A DNA stretch of 64,000 bases from Sphyrna mokarran. Lineage: Eukaryota. Positions 1-12,860 of this stretch are shown one piece after another (the stretch's first letter is position 1; each line of letters opens with the position of its first letter). The stretch spans positions 57,846,001 to 57,910,000 of the forward strand of contig JAGIQG010000017.1 in the NCBI GenBank assembly GCA_024679065.1. The letters are read 5' to 3'. A program made the position numbers and the translations under genes. The notes below the pieces were generated by a model. It was not told the origin of the DNA. It did no database searches and saw nothing but the letters and a program-made list of their open reading frames with translations.

Positions 1-2856
1 GAAATGCGTATACTTTAATGCAAGGAGTATTCGCAATAAGGGGGAGGAACTTGCAGCTTGGACCAGTACTTGGAAATTCGATGTTGTGGCCATTTCAGAG
101 ACTTGGGTAGAGCAGGGACAAGAATGGATGTTGCAGGTTCCAGGGTTCAAATGCTGTAGTCGGAGTAGAGAAGGAGGTAGAAGGGGGGGAGGAGTGGCAT
201 TATTAGTCAAAGACTGTATCACAGTGACAGAAAAGAAGTTTGATGAGGACTTGTCTGTTGAGGTAGTATGGGCTGAGATTAGAAACAGGAAAGGAGAGGT
301 CACCCTGTTGGGAGTCTTTTATAGACCTCCGAAAAGTTCTAGAGAGGTTGAGGAAAGGATTGCAAAGTCAATTCTGGTCAGGAGTGAAAGTAATAGGGTA
401 ATTGTTATGGGGGACTTTAACTTTACTAATATTGATTGGAATAGCTATAGCTCTAGCTCGTTAGAGGGGTCAGTTTTTGTACAAAGTGTGCAGGAAGGTT
501 TTTTGACTCAATATGTAGATAGGCCAACTAGAGGTGAGGCTACATTGGATTTGGTGCTGGGCAATGAGCCAGACCAGGTGTTAGGCTTGGAGGTTGGTGA
601 ACATTTTGGTGATAATGACCACAATTCGGTTACATTCACCTTAGTGATGGATAGGGATAGGCAAGAAGCTGGGGGCAGTAGTTATAGCTGGGGGAAGGGT
701 AATTATGAGGCCATCAGGAGAGAATTAGGGTGCATCGATTGGACTAGGAAACTACAGGGACTGGGAACATCTGGAATGTGGTGCTTATTCAAGGAGCAGC
801 TGCTGCGAGCCCTTGATAAGTATGTCCCTGTCAGGCAGGGAGGAAATGGTCGAGTAAGAGAGCCTTGGTGTACGAAAAAAGTTGATTTGCTGGTTAAGAA
901 GAAAAAGGAGGCTTATGTCAGGCTGAGGCTTGAAGGCTCAGTTAGTGCAATGGATAGCTATAGATTAGCCAGGAAGGAGGTAAAAAGTGAATTGAGGAGA
1001 GCTAAGAGGGGACACGAGAAGATGTTGGCTGATAGGATTAAGGAGAATCCTAAGGCTTTCTTTCGATATGTTAAGAATAGAAGATTGGTTAGGGCAAGAT
1101 TAGGGCCAGTCATAGACAGCAGTGGGAAGTTGTGCGTGGAGCCTGAAGAGATTGGAGAGGTACTGAATAAATTTTTCTCTTCGGTATTCACGCAGGGTGA
1201 TGTAAATGTAGTTATGGAGAACACTGAGGTACAGGGTAGCAAACTGGAAGGTATCGAAGTAGATAGGGAGGATGTGCTAGATATTCTCGAGGGTTTGAAG
1301 TTGGATAAGTCCCCTGGGCCGGACGGGATTTACCCTAGGATTCTCTGGGAGGCAATAGAGGAGATTGCAGAGCCTCTGGCTCTGATCTTCAGGTCGTCGT
1401 TGGTTACGGGTGTGGTTCCGGAGGACTGGAGGATAGCGAATGTGGTCCCGTTGTTCAAGAAGGGGAAGAGAGACCTTCCAGGGAATTATAGGCCAGTTAG
1501 TCTTACTTCTGTGGTGGGCAAAGTGTTGGAGAGAATAATTAGGGATAGGATTTATAGTTATTTAGAGAGTAATGAATTGATTGGAGATAGTCAGCATGGT
1601 GTTGTGAAGGGTAGGTCGTGCCTTACTAACCTCATTGAGTTTTTTGAAAAAAGTGACCAAAGAGGTGGATGGGGGTAAGGCGGTTGATGTAGTATATATG
1701 GACTTTAGTAAGGCGTTTGATAAGGTGGCCCATGGAAGACTTCTGCAGAAAATGCAGATGTATGGGAATAGAGGGTGATTTAGCTAATTGGGTTAGGAAT
1801 TGGCTAGCAGATAGAAGACAGAGGGTGGTGGTTGATGGGAGATATTCATCTTGGAGTTTGGTGACAAGTGGTGTACCTCAGGGGTCTGTTTTGGGGCCCC
1901 TGCTGTTTGTAATTTGTATAAATGATCTGGATGAGGGTATTGAAGTTTGGATTAGTAAATTTGCAGATGACACGAAAGTCGGTGGAGTGGTAGATAGTGA
2001 AGAGGGTTGTTATAGTTTGCAGAGGGACTTGGACAAGTTGCAGAACTGGGCCGAGAGGTGGCAAATGGAGTTTAATGTGGAAAAGTGTGAGATAATGCAC
2101 TATGGCAGAAATAATAAATGTGTAGAGTATAGGGCAAATGGTAGGCTTGTTAGTAGTCTAGATGAACAGAGGGATCTTGGTGTGTATGTGCATAGATCGA
2201 TGAAAGTAGGCAGTCAGGTCGAGAAGGTTGTTAGGAAGGCATGTAGAGTCTTGGCTTTTATTGGTAGGGGGATTGAATTTCGGAGCCGCAACGTCATGTT
2301 GCAACTGTACAAAACTCGAGTGCGGCCGCACTTGGAGTATTGTGTGCAGTTCTGGTCCCCACATTATAAGAGAGATGTGGAGGCATTTGGAGAGGGTACA
2401 GAGGAGGTTTACGAGGATGTTGCCTGGTATGGAGGGCAGGTCTTATGAGGAGAGGTTGAGGGATTTGAGGTTGTTTTCGTTAGAAAGGAGAAAGCTAAGA
2501 GGGGACCTGATCGAAACATATAAGATGATTAAAGGTTTAGATAGGGTGGACAGTGATAGCCTTTTTCCTAGGATGGAAAAAGCTAGCACGAGGGGACGCA
2601 GCTTTTATTAAGGAGTGATAGTTATCGGACGGATATCAGAGGCAGGTTCTTTACCCAAAGGGTGGTTCGGGAGTGGAATTCCCTGCCTGCAGCGGTTGTA
2701 GATGCGCCAAGTTTGGTGGCGTTTAAGAGGTTAGTTGATAAGTATATGGAAGAGAAGAGAATGGTTTAGTTTGGAGGGGCATTGCTTTTTATATTGGTCG
2801 GTGCAACATCGAAGGCCGAAGGGCCTGTTCTGTGCTGTAATGTTCTATGATCTATG
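1..2856 (+). mobile_element. CR1-clade LINE (subfamily A), near-complete ORF2 (APE endonuclease + RT) with frameshifts and 3' tail
   Basis: ORF 86-1678 has APE motifs (MGDFNF, LDLVL, GDNDH); 1717-2448 has RT motifs [13 protein letters not shown] and FADDTK; ends in GGCCGAAGGGCC hairpin plus ATGTTCT-type tail. Confidence 0.95.
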
Positions 2857-3119
2857 GAAACTTCCCTCTATGTTTCCCTCGCCACTAATTTTGCCACAGC
2901 TGCTGAATTGTTCCAACATTATCTGATGTTGTGTGAGAGGGGACTGGATAGACACCCTCTGTCTCTCCAGCGTGTCGTTGTAATAGCTATCGTGTAAATC
3001 CTCTTCTCAAAATGTTTGATACTGTTTGGAAACATATCTCCGTCTCACACCCTGAATCTGATGAATACCAATTGTTCCTGCATGATTTCCACCCACCCCC
3101 GACCCCCGTGTTTTTTTTT

Positions 3120-3420
3120 TCGGACGAGTTTATCTTCAGAGTCTGTCAGCGGGAGAAAGTTGAAATGTTACTGGGAGAATGTTTCATTGTATTTGAATAG
3201 ATTGTGCTGGATCAATTTGTTCAGGAAGTTGTATTTCAAATAAATGTGCAGCAGTCGATACATTTCCGGAATGAAATGGGCAAGATTAGTTTTTTTTTCT
3301 AACATTTAAAGCTGCAGATTTCACACAGTGTAAACTGATAGAAGGAGATGCTGCCTAGACTCAGTAACCAGGAGTCTGGGACACTCTCACTGTGGTGTTT
3401 TCCTGAACAGGAGATCCTTT
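3120..3420 (+). promoter_or_regulatory. Candidate promoter of the SRCR gene (ETS/RUNX/GATA motifs)
   Basis: CAGGAAGTT (3222), TTTCCGGAA (~3263), TGATAG (3337) and TGTGGT (3391) in unique sequence just upstream of a possible decayed leader exon. Confidence 0.3.
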
Positions 3421-4230
3421 AAAAGGTGAAGTTCCCTGAATTGTTTATCCCATTCCAGATCTGGACTGAATAATGTTATTGAAACTTGAAGCAGGTATTT
3501 GCTTCTTTCATATTCCAAGTAGCAACGCTAAAACTCTTGAGGATTTTTATTCCGTTTTGCACGCGGCCGTTACATTTTCGTGATCCGTGCGCATGGACCT
3601 TTTGTAATGTGTTGTATGTTCATCTCCATTTAGATGTTTTGGGATGTATTGTTTCATTTCTGCTTGGAGAAATTTCAGAACGTTCATTCTTAACACGTTT
3701 CAGCGCCGAAAAAAAAATCAAGAATGTTGATTTTGTTTGATGCCTGGCAGTTAATCCGTCCCTGTGCAAATTCCATACGGTATTGATTCAGGTCCGCTTG
3801 TTGTGCATTCTGATATTTCCCTTCCCCAAACGTTAGTGGACAGCTTTGTTCAGAATTTATTGAGATAAACCAGCAGTCGATTTAATTTAAGGGGGAATTG
3901 GGAAGAGTGTTCCAAAGGAAAAGCTAATAAGCTGAACATATGTCGTGGGGAGAATAAACACAGACATAGATTGAACTTGATGAAGGATCTTTAATTATAG
4001 AATTTCTTAATGCAGAGGAAGGACATTCAACCCGCTGAGTTTCACCGACGGATGATCCAACCTGGTTGGACCCCACGTTTTTACCGCGATATTTTCCCTG
4101 ATCCTTACATTAAAGGACACCTGAGGGGAACCAGATTCAGAACCAACCATGGCAGAATTTAATTAAGTAAATGTGAGTATTTTCATTTTGATAATAATTC
4201 TTTGTGTTTTTGTGATTTGTTGTTGTTCAG

Positions 4231-4545
4231 CCCACAGATTTCCAAAACTGGTATCCGGAGCTTTCCCGTGCTCCGGCAGACTCGAGATCCATAACCATGT
4301 AGATTCGGGCACAGTGTGTGACATTGACTGGAGTTGGAATGACGCCAGTGTGGTCTGTGCTGAGCTTCATTGTGGAATCGCCGTTTCCATGAGAAGAGGG
4401 GCTTATTTTGGAGAGGGCACTGGACTTATATGGAACGATAGATTTGAATGTAAAGGCAGCGAGACAAGCCTGATGGACTGCCCCGTTGTTCCTGCAAATC
4501 GGTCCGAGTGCACCCACAGCAACGATGTCGGTGTGATCTGTTCCG
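4231..4545 (+). CDS. SRCR domain exon 1 (8 Cys, group B)
   Basis: TTCAG| ... TCCG|GTGAG, 315 nt, phase 1-1; HRFPKLVSGAFPCSGRLEI...GTVCD...VVCAELHCG...FECKGSE...CTHSNDVGVICS. Confidence 0.92.
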
Positions 4546-5527
4546 GTGAGTGCAGATTTATGAATATTAGAAAAAAATGTCAGCAGGAAGGATGACAATT
4601 CTTTTTTTCTCTCCCCCATGAAGATAGCTAACCAGACCTTCATATTTCATGTCATTTGCTGCAATTTTGGCTTATCATTTCACAGTATGTACTTTTTTTT
4701 TTTGCAAATCAGAAATGTTATTCATGTTCTGAAATTAGCAGATTATTATTATTGATTTAGTACCGTGGCCAATTTTATGGGTTTCTCTTAAACATTTGAT
4801 ATGACACTTTTTGTGTTATGTATTCGTGGTCTACCTCCCAAGTCATGAACCCATTGCATGGACTATCGCAGACCATAACATTGCTTGCATTTTGAATAGG
4901 ATACTGGCGCAGCAGAATAAAGGAAGTTTCTTTTTATTTTCAAATATCTTGCAACAACAAAAAAGTTGGATGAGCTCAGTAACAGCATTGCACTGCTTGT
5001 TTTACATCCACTTACCTGCTTTCAGGTGGAAACATTTACTAATTGTAGAGGAGATTTCAAATCATGAAGAACGTTTCAATAATGGGCATAACCTCCAGAT
5101 ACTACAGGATTTTTTCGAACGACATTTTTTAAAATTTTATTTTCTGAATTAACCGGTCCCAACTCCTTCCAAATTGGAGGTGAACTCACCATTTTATGCT
5201 CAACATATTGCGCAGAGGATATCGTTTTATAATTGCACCCTAATGCAATGCTTAAACTTCATGCACATTATGCAAAATATATCTGCAAAGACACTATACC
5301 CTGTCAATGGTAGATTATATTTTCTGTTCAGGATGGACTGTTCGATTTGGGTTGAAGCATCTTCCTAAAAGCATCACATATTATGATAACTAGTTCAATG
5401 TGATCATTTATGAATATTGAAAAAAAATGATTGCGGATGTTTACCCGTTTATACAAACATAAACTGGCATGTGTTCTTCTAATTTCGATGTATAAATTAT
5501 GTGAGTCTGTGTTTGCCCTTGAAACAG

Positions 5528-5842
5528 GAAACCATGGGCCGAGATTGGTTGGTGGAAAGGACAGGTGCTCCGGACGGGTGGAAGTACTGCATGGAGAACA
5601 CTGGGGGACGCTCTGTGATGTTTACTTTGGTTTCGAAGACGCCAGTGTGATCTGTGAACATCTTCAGTGTGGAGTGGTAGAGAAAATCCCAAGAGGGGCA
5701 GCCTTTGGGAAGGGAAATGGGATAATGTGGAAGGAGAACTACGACTGTGGCGGGATCGAGTCCCAGTTGTGGGAGTGCCCGGTTTCATCCGTGGAAGAGT
5801 TTAACTGCTCACATGAAAATGACGCCAGTGTCATCTGCTCGG
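5528..5842 (+). CDS. SRCR domain exon 2 (8 Cys)
   Basis: AACAG| ... TCGG|GTGAG, 315 nt; PRLVGGKDRCSGRVEVLHGEHWGTLCD...CSHENDASVICS. Confidence 0.93.
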
Positions 5843-6146
5843 GTGAGTCCTTAAATCAAGAAAATGAAAACACGTGATGCTGGGATTGAAGAGGATATTT
5901 CCACATTTTACCGTCCAAATGTTAGGCCATCCTTGAGTTCCACACATATATATTATCACTCTGCCTTTCAATGTATATGCTTCAGATATGGAGCAGCCGC
6001 ACTGGTTGTTCAGCCTCCTGATTGTCTATGTACAGCAGCTTCTCATCACATCCTTCAGCCGTGCAGTTGCTGTGGTGAAAGGTAACATTAATATAAGTTA
6101 ATTTGCTGTACTGTAACCACCGATTTCAATGTCTTTCTTCGCCTAG

Positions 6147-6461
6147 GTGAAAACTGGTCATTGAGATTAAGGAATGGGGGAAGTCGGTGTGATGGGCGAG
6201 TGGAGATTTACTACAACCACAGCTGGGGCAGAGTGCAGGACAGCCTCTGGGATCTGAATGACGCTAATGTCACCTGTAGACAGCTGGGCTGCGGAGAAGC
6301 GTTAACCGCCTATAACAATTCAAAGTACGGAGAGGGTGAAGGGCCTGTGTGGGTGAATGATGTCCGGTGTGAAGGAAATGAATCGCATCTCCGGAAGTGC
6401 AGCACATTCTCATTGAACCCACATCGCAGTGGCAGCATCGGCGTGGGGGTTCTGTGCTCAG
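6147..6461 (+). CDS. SRCR domain exon 3 (6 Cys; lacks Cys2 and Cys7)
   Basis: CCTAG| ... TCAG|GTGAA, 315 nt; LRLRNGGSRCDGRVEIYYNHSWGRVQD...GVGVLCS. Confidence 0.92.
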
Positions 6462-6899
6462 GTGAATAAACAGGTCACTTTTCCAGAAATATAAAGAGAA
6501 AAATATAATCTTGGTCATCTTCCTTTTCGGGAACACATGCGTGAGATATTTGACAATCGTGCTTGGGTGCAGGAAAAGACGCTCCGGGAAGAAAAAAAAA
6601 CATAACAGTTTGGAATATGATGATACAAACAATTTAATAAAATCAGTCAACAACTTTATACATCTCCAGGTTAATCCCTTCAGTAAATTGAAACCAACAA
6701 AGACAGTATCAGCAATGGAGAATAATGTGTTGATCATGGGGTGGGTTTTAACCGCACAGCGAAGGGAAAGTCACACTTAAGCATAAGATAAAATCTTATG
6801 CCCCAGTCACTAACATAAGGACGATTGAATAAGTATGAAGAAAGGCTTGCTGCATGAAGTGTCAGATGGGAAGGGAAGCCAAACTCTTAGTTAAAGTTA

Positions 6900-7130
6900 A
6901 TTTATTAGTAACATGTCAGATTTACATTAACACTGCAATGAAGTTACAGTTAAATTCCCCTAGTCACCCAGGACGCCGCTTGCTTGGGTCAAGGCACGAC
7001 TTTCAGAATGTGAGAGGTACCCGGAGGAAACCTATGTAGGCATGGGGAGAATGTACACAATCCACACAGACGGAGACTCAAGCCAGGAATCTAACCCAAG
7101 TCCCTGGCATTATGAAGCAGCAGTGCTACA
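6900..7130 (-). mobile_element. tRNA-derived SINE (HE1/V-SINE-like)
   Basis: Reverse complement of the tRNA-like head (AGCACTGCTGC...GGGACTTGGGTTAGATTCC) and the GGTTTCCTCCGGGT core. Confidence 0.75.
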
Positions 7131-8002
7131 GTGTGGAATAGACTCAGGAGTGCTGATTATCATGATCGCTAGGGTAGTGACCAAACTGTGAGCAATGGTG
7201 GAGAGCATAGATATCCTTAAACATGACCACGATATTTTGAAACTAGTTTGCTTCGACAGGAGAGAATCCAATGCAGATCAAATAGCCAGGGCTGGTAATG
7301 CTGTTGATCAGAAAGGGGGAAAGGGAGAGGATTGGGGAGGGAGTAAGTGTGAGTGCGGCTCTGTGCTTGCGCTGGTGCTCCTGGTGAGTTGGAATTTTCG
7401 CGGTTCATTGAGAAAAGTGTTGATTGTATTCCCGTGTTTTGGAGGGGTGGCCATCAGGGTAGAATCGAAACATGTATTCTTGAGATAACAAGAAACTGAT
7501 GATCATTTGAGCAGCAACTTGTGTGAGTTCTCAGGAAAGGTCAATGTCTGAAAGATCGAGTCGCTGCCAGCCTACTTGCATATTTGCAGTATTTCTGTTT
7601 TGTGTGAACTGGTGAAGCATCTGATGAAGTTTTCATGGCAAAATGAGTCAGTGAAAAAAGAAAGAAACTAATGTCTGCTGGAAACATTCATTCTGGAACA
7701 AATAATTATATACTTTGGATAAAGCAAAACAAGTAGCAATGAGTGGGTCAGATCCAAACCAGAACGTTCGGATGATATTCTCATTGGAAATATGAATATT
7801 TAGAAGATTTGTAAAGGCGCCATCATTTATTTTACCTTTGAACAGAAACTTCTTTTTTTTTCTAGAGCGTAGATCAATGTCCCTGTCAACGGCAGTTAAA
7901 ACGAAGGTTTTAATTTAGCTGCAAATTATAAAATAGGCTGAATTTAGCAACGGGATGAATGTGTTTAAGAAAAATAATCTGTCACTTCCATTATTCTATT
8001 AG

Positions 8003-8317
8003 AGCACACTCAGTTAAGACTCTCTGGCGGTGGGAGCCGATGTGCGGGCCGATTGGAGATTTATCACAATGGGACCTGGGGCTCAGTTTGTGATGATTCC
8101 TGGGATCTGACAGACGCTGACGTGGTTTGCAAGCAGTTGGATTGTGGACATGCATTGCGATTTCCTCTCCATATATCGACTGGACCTGATTCACAGCCAA
8201 TTTGGTTGGATGAGCTGGAATGCTCCGGGAGTGAAACATTTCTGTGGGAATGCCCCCATGCATTGTGGGGTAAACACGACTGTAATCATAAAAAAGATGT
8301 GAAGATCATGTGCTCTG
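8003..8317 (+). CDS. SRCR domain exon 4 (8 Cys)
   Basis: ATTAG| ... TCTG|GTAAA, 315 nt; LRLSGGGSRCAGRLEIYHNGTWGSVCDDSWD...CNHKKDVKIMCS. Confidence 0.93.
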
Positions 8318-9049
8318 GTAAATGTCCCAACTTCAGTTACATTAGAAGTTTCATACAAAAGATATATTCCTGACATGTCAAACGACTGCATTTGCGGATG
8401 TTCTTCTGTCAAATCCCTGTCTGTGTTATTTATTCTGGACACCATTTCCGTTACAATATTTCTATATCCTACTTTTGATGTGTTGTTTTATGTTTCTTTA
8501 TCCCTCATTTCTTGACATAAGCGCATCTTCCAGTTAATATCCCTGACTATTATGATCACGAGCCTTTAAATTCATCAGCTTATGTGTAAAATATTCCAGA
8601 AAACGACATCATTTTGCAAAGATATTTGATTTAATGATTATTTCTCAAGAAGCATGCTGCCACTTTATTCCTCGCATCAAAATTCACTCCATTCCACTTA
8701 GCAGTACGAAAACTAAGTTGTCATTGCCATCTGTATCCTGCTATATATTAACATTTTGATACATACTTTCCATTGCTCTTTGTTATTAACTATATAAACC
8801 AGTTTGCTGTTACAACAGAGGTTTTTTTTTATTTTACTGCCGATTGCAAAGTCCAGCTGCTTTTTGTAACTCCCAAGGAGCAGCGACCGCAGCACCAAAT
8901 TATGAACCTCACACCGGAAGATTTGCTACTTTAGAAACGAGAAACTTCACAGACTTTTTAAAATCTGCTTTTACACCGACTGCCTGGTTTCCCATTGTCT
9001 TTCGTAGACTTTCATTATGGAACTTGTGGAAGGTCTGCTATAAATTCGC

Positions 9050-9272
9050 GAAAGACTCTGACAACACCACATTTAATTTCAACCAATTTATTCGATAGTA
9101 TCATCACAAGCTTTCGAGGTTTGTCCTTTGTCAGGTGACGAAGGGGCACCTGACGAAGGGGCAAACCCCGAAAGCTTGTGAGTTTATAATCACATAAATT
9201 AATTGGACTTAAACCTGGTGATGGCAGGCTTCTTACTGTGCTTACCCCAGTCCAACGCCGACATCTCCACAA
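9050..9272. mobile_element. Penelope-like element remnant, head-to-head inverted pair with hammerhead-like core
   Basis: CTGACGA-A-GGGG-CAAA-CCCC-GAAAGCTT (9150-9177) followed by ...CCCCAGTCCAACGCCGACATCTCCACA; 9055-9137 is an inverted, diverged copy. Confidence 0.65.
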
Positions 9273-9526
9273 CGTTAATCTGCGCACAGAGCATCTATAG
9301 CATTGCTCCTTTCACCATTGCTGCAAGTTTTGCAAATAAATCAATCGGGTTCTTCGTTCAAATGTTTTGATTAAAATTTACTGTTGCTTATTCTTGATTT
9401 TCTCTGCTTATCTGTGACGTTTACAAAATAATTATGAGAAATTTGCGAACTCAAGTTAGAAACATATAGTGCATGAATACAGAACTGATGATTACACCAC
9501 GTGGTTATTTATGATTCGCTTGACAG

Positions 9527-9844
9527 AGCACAAAGAGCTACGTTTGGTGCAGGGAAAGCATCGTTGTGAGGGCAGAGTGGAAGTGTTCTATAACGGGATC
9601 TGGGGAACAGTTTGCTCTGAAAAGCTCGAGCAAGATGATGGAGCAGTGATCTGTAAACAGTTAGGTTGTGGCCCACTCGTTTCCATTGACTATGACGCTC
9701 GTTCATTCGGAGAAGGATCCGGACCTATTTGGTTGGATGAGGTCGAGTGCCTTTCACACGAGTCGACGCTTTGGCAGTGCCAGGCAGACCCGTGGGGTCA
9801 ACACAACTGTGAGCATCGGGAAGATGCAGGTGTCGTTTGTTCAG
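9527..9844 (+). CDS. SRCR domain exon 5 (8 Cys)
   Basis: GACAG| ... TCAG|GTAAC, 318 nt; LRLVQGKHRCEGRVEVFYNGIWGTVC...CEHREDAGVVCS. Confidence 0.93.
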
Positions 9845-9929
9845 GTAACACCATCAATCATTCTGCTTACAGGTGTGATTTAAAATATTGATGCAGCTCA
9901 TGGAGTCAGCATGTTTGTCTTATCGACAG

Positions 9930-9986
9930 GGGGAGACAAACCGAAGCAAGAGCAGGACGCTGTGAACGGCTGCAAGCGAAAATCAG
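9930..9986 (+). CDS. Short inter-domain linker exon of SRCR gene
   Basis: GACAG| ... TCAG|GTATT, 57 nt, phase 1-1, GGDKPKQEQDAVNGCKRKS. Confidence 0.7.
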
Positions 9987-10079
9987 GTATTTTCCAAACC
10001 TTAATAAAACAGCTATCTGATTGTATTTCTCTCTTGTCCTATATCAAAATTCATAATTTATTTGTTATCTTTGAAAAAA

Positions 10080-10374
10080 TTCTGCCAAAGTTTACACCTG
10101 CCTGGAGATAATAACAGCTGTTCCGTGAGAGTGGAGATATTGTGTAATGGAACCTGGGGCATGGCGTGTGATGATTCCAGGGTTTTGAACGATTCCAGTG
10201 CTGTCTGCAGACAGCTGGGCTGTGGCTCTGCTCTCGACACCACTGGAGGGCGCTCTTTTGGGCAGAGTAACGATATGATCTGGATGGATGTGGTGAAGCG
10301 CAACGGAAGAGAAGCATTTCTGTTTGACTTTCCTTCTTCGTCATTAACTCAAACCGACTATGATCACAAGGAAG
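10080..10374 (+). pseudogene. Decayed SRCR domain exon 6
   Basis: SLHLPGDNNSCSVRVEI...WGMACDD...VCRQLGCG; Cys5/6/7 replaced (VKRNG, FDFPS, TDYDHKE); no AG at the expected acceptor; cut before the final Cys by a SINE at ~10375. Confidence 0.85.
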
Positions 10375-10630
10375 GTAGAATCATAGAATCCTTCGGCCCA
10401 TTGAATGTGCACCGAACATAAGCCCACCAATCCCTACCTCCATATCCCTACATACTTTACCACTAATTCCTCAAACCTACGCATCCCTGGACACGAAGGC
10501 ACAATTTCTTAGGATGGCCAATCAACCTAACATGCACATCTTTGGACTGTGGGAGGAAACCGGAGTACCCCGAAGAAACCGAAGCAGACATGTGGAGATA
10601 TACATTTAGGCAGTGACCAAGCCGTGAATC
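10375..10630 (-). mobile_element. tRNA-derived SINE (HE1/V-SINE-like) interrupting SRCR exon 6
   Basis: CACATCTTTGGACTGTGGGAGGAAACCGGAGTACCC core; CR1-like tail at the left end. Confidence 0.75.
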
Positions 10631-10639
10631 CCTGTGTGG

Positions 10640-11430
10640 TCATCCAATTTCACGAGAAAATATTGAAAGTAAATTATTATTTAAATGGGAAACATATTCA
10701 AATCTCTTAGTGCAGAGGGATCTGGTGTCCTTGTGCACGAATGACAGAATGTGAATGTGCAGGTGCCGTATTTACTAAGAAAGGGAAGTTGAATATTGGA
10801 ATTTATTTCAAAAGAACAGGATTTTAAATATAAAGAAGTGTTGTTAATACTAGATAAGGTAACTAGATAACACTAGATGAGTTCATATCTAGAGTGTTGT
10901 GTCCAGATTTATTCTCCATGCCTAATGAAAGATGTGCTGACACTGGAGGCCATTCAGAGAATGTTCACCAGATTGATTCCAGGGATGAAGTGGCTAGCAG
11001 ACGAGCAGCGTTTCTACAGCTTAGGTTTCTATCCGTTGGAGCTCAAACAAAAGGAGGATCTAACCGTGGGATATAAAATGCTAAAGAGCTTGATGAGGTG
11101 GAAATTGAACAGGTATTCCCTATTTGTTGGAGAGTATATAACAAAAGCTCATAGATTTAGTGTGAGACGAAGTAGATCCAAATCTGTGGCGAGATTTGAA
11201 TTCTGTCAGATGGTTGTGATCCTGTTGAAAGATTTCCCAGAATGCAGGGGGACAGAAACAGTCAGCAGAGTACAGAAATAAACAAATAAGTGTCTCCATG
11301 AAAGCTCGATAAAGCTCATATGGAGCAGACAGGTTTGTAGATTTGAGAGCAGGATAAGACCAGCATATAGAATGGTGGAGCGGGCTTGAAAGGTTGAATT
11401 GCCCAATCTCGTTCCTAATTCCAATGTTCA
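10640..11430 (+). mobile_element. Old degenerate CR1 3' end
   Basis: ORF 10877 SYLECCVQIYSP...LEAIQRMFTRLIPGM matches the CR1 ORF2 C-terminus. Confidence 0.8.
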
Positions 11431-11584
11431 AATGTGTTCATTAATTATTCAACAACTGATATTTTGTTTGGACTTGCAATTGGTGACAAACCAATACTGA
11501 GTTTTTTTGCCGTGTCAAGTTCTCAAACAGTACTCGACATATTTTGAGACAATTGCCAATTCCAACACAACCCCGCTAATATGA

Positions 11585-12860
11585 CAGGATCTATGACAGT
11601 CGTTATTGGTTCTGTATACGGTGCATGACGATCAGGCTGGTGCATGACTTTTGTCTTTTTAGCATTGATGGTGAGTACAAAGTTGTCACAAGCCATGGAA
11701 AATGTGTCCATACTGACTTACATCTCTGACTCTGAGCCTCTATGCAGGGAGCAGTCATTGGTTTAGATGAAGTCTGTCGGAAGAGTCTCCTTCACTTTGG
11801 TAATAGCTTGAAGTCTCTTTAGATTGAAGAGCTTCCAATCAACTCTACATTGAGGCTGATTCGAGCAACATTATCCCGGAAGGCATCATTCAGCATGGCA
11901 GTCAACATCAATGTGGGTGGGAGCACAAAACCCTGTTTGACCCCATCAATATGAGAACGACCAAAGTCATTCACCAGCCTGTTCCTCATGCACCGCACAC
12001 AGAACCCATAATCATAATCAAAGGGCAGAAACTATAGGCAGTGGACCAGTTCACTTATCTTGGCAGCATCCTCTCCCAAGCGGTGACAGAAGTTGCAGCA
12101 GTTAAGTGTAGAATAACAAAGGTAAGTTCTGTTTTTGGTAGACTGCGCTCCGGTGCGTGGGAATGATGTGGAATCAGCCCAGACACAAAACGGAAAGTCT
12201 ACAGCGCCGTGATACTTACTACCCTCCTGTATGCCTGCGAAACGTGGACTGTGTATGGAAGGCATGCAAGGCAGCTCAATAAATTCCACATGAATTGCCT
12301 TCGAAGAATATTACGCATCATATGACAAAACAAAATACTCGACACTCAAGTTCTCTCTCGAGCAAGTCTACCATCAATCCGCACACTGCTGATGAGAGCG
12401 CTGGCCCGGTGGGCAGGTCATGTTATCCGTATATCAGACAAGCGCATATCCAAGCAGTTCCGTTTTGGAGGAATCTCTGCTGGAAGTCGCTCACGTAGAG
12501 AGCAGAAGAAACGTTAAAAAAACACATTCAGTGCCTCCTTAAAATCGCTTGACATTGACACGACCACCTGGGGAACGCTGGCACAAAACCGTCCTACCTG
12601 GCGCCTTATCATCCACAAAGGCTGTCAAGCTCACGAACGAAGGTGCATTGCTGAAGCACAATTTAAGTACGAGCTGTGCAGTTCCAGCGCCATCAGCGCA
12701 ACAACTATAGCACCTACACAAGTCTGCGTAATGTGTGTCAGGACACTCCTTGCCCAAAATGGCCTGATCAGTCATCTTCAGACACATCGCATCCAGCCTC
12801 AAAATGATTATTAGTGTCCAGGTCAACATCGACGATGATGGACAGACAAGAACAAGAACA
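11585..12860. mobile_element. RTE-clade LINE remnant with inverted 5' part
   Basis: Minus 11585-11950: GVKQGFVLPPT...ACDNFVLTINAKKTKVMHQP; plus 11955-12860: TKVIHQP...FTYLGSILS...LLYACETWT, ending GATGGACAGACAAGAACAAGAAC. Confidence 0.75.

Noticed and set aside
3177-3243. Apparent peptide similarity (LNRL...NLF) to the minus ORF at 54026-54238
   Set aside because: Short, low-identity match in AT-rich sequence, consistent with chance.
3324-3394. Facing heptamers CACAGTG (3324) and CACTGTG (3388) as RSSs
   Set aside because: No nonamer at 12 or 23 nt for either, and no V, D or J coding flank.
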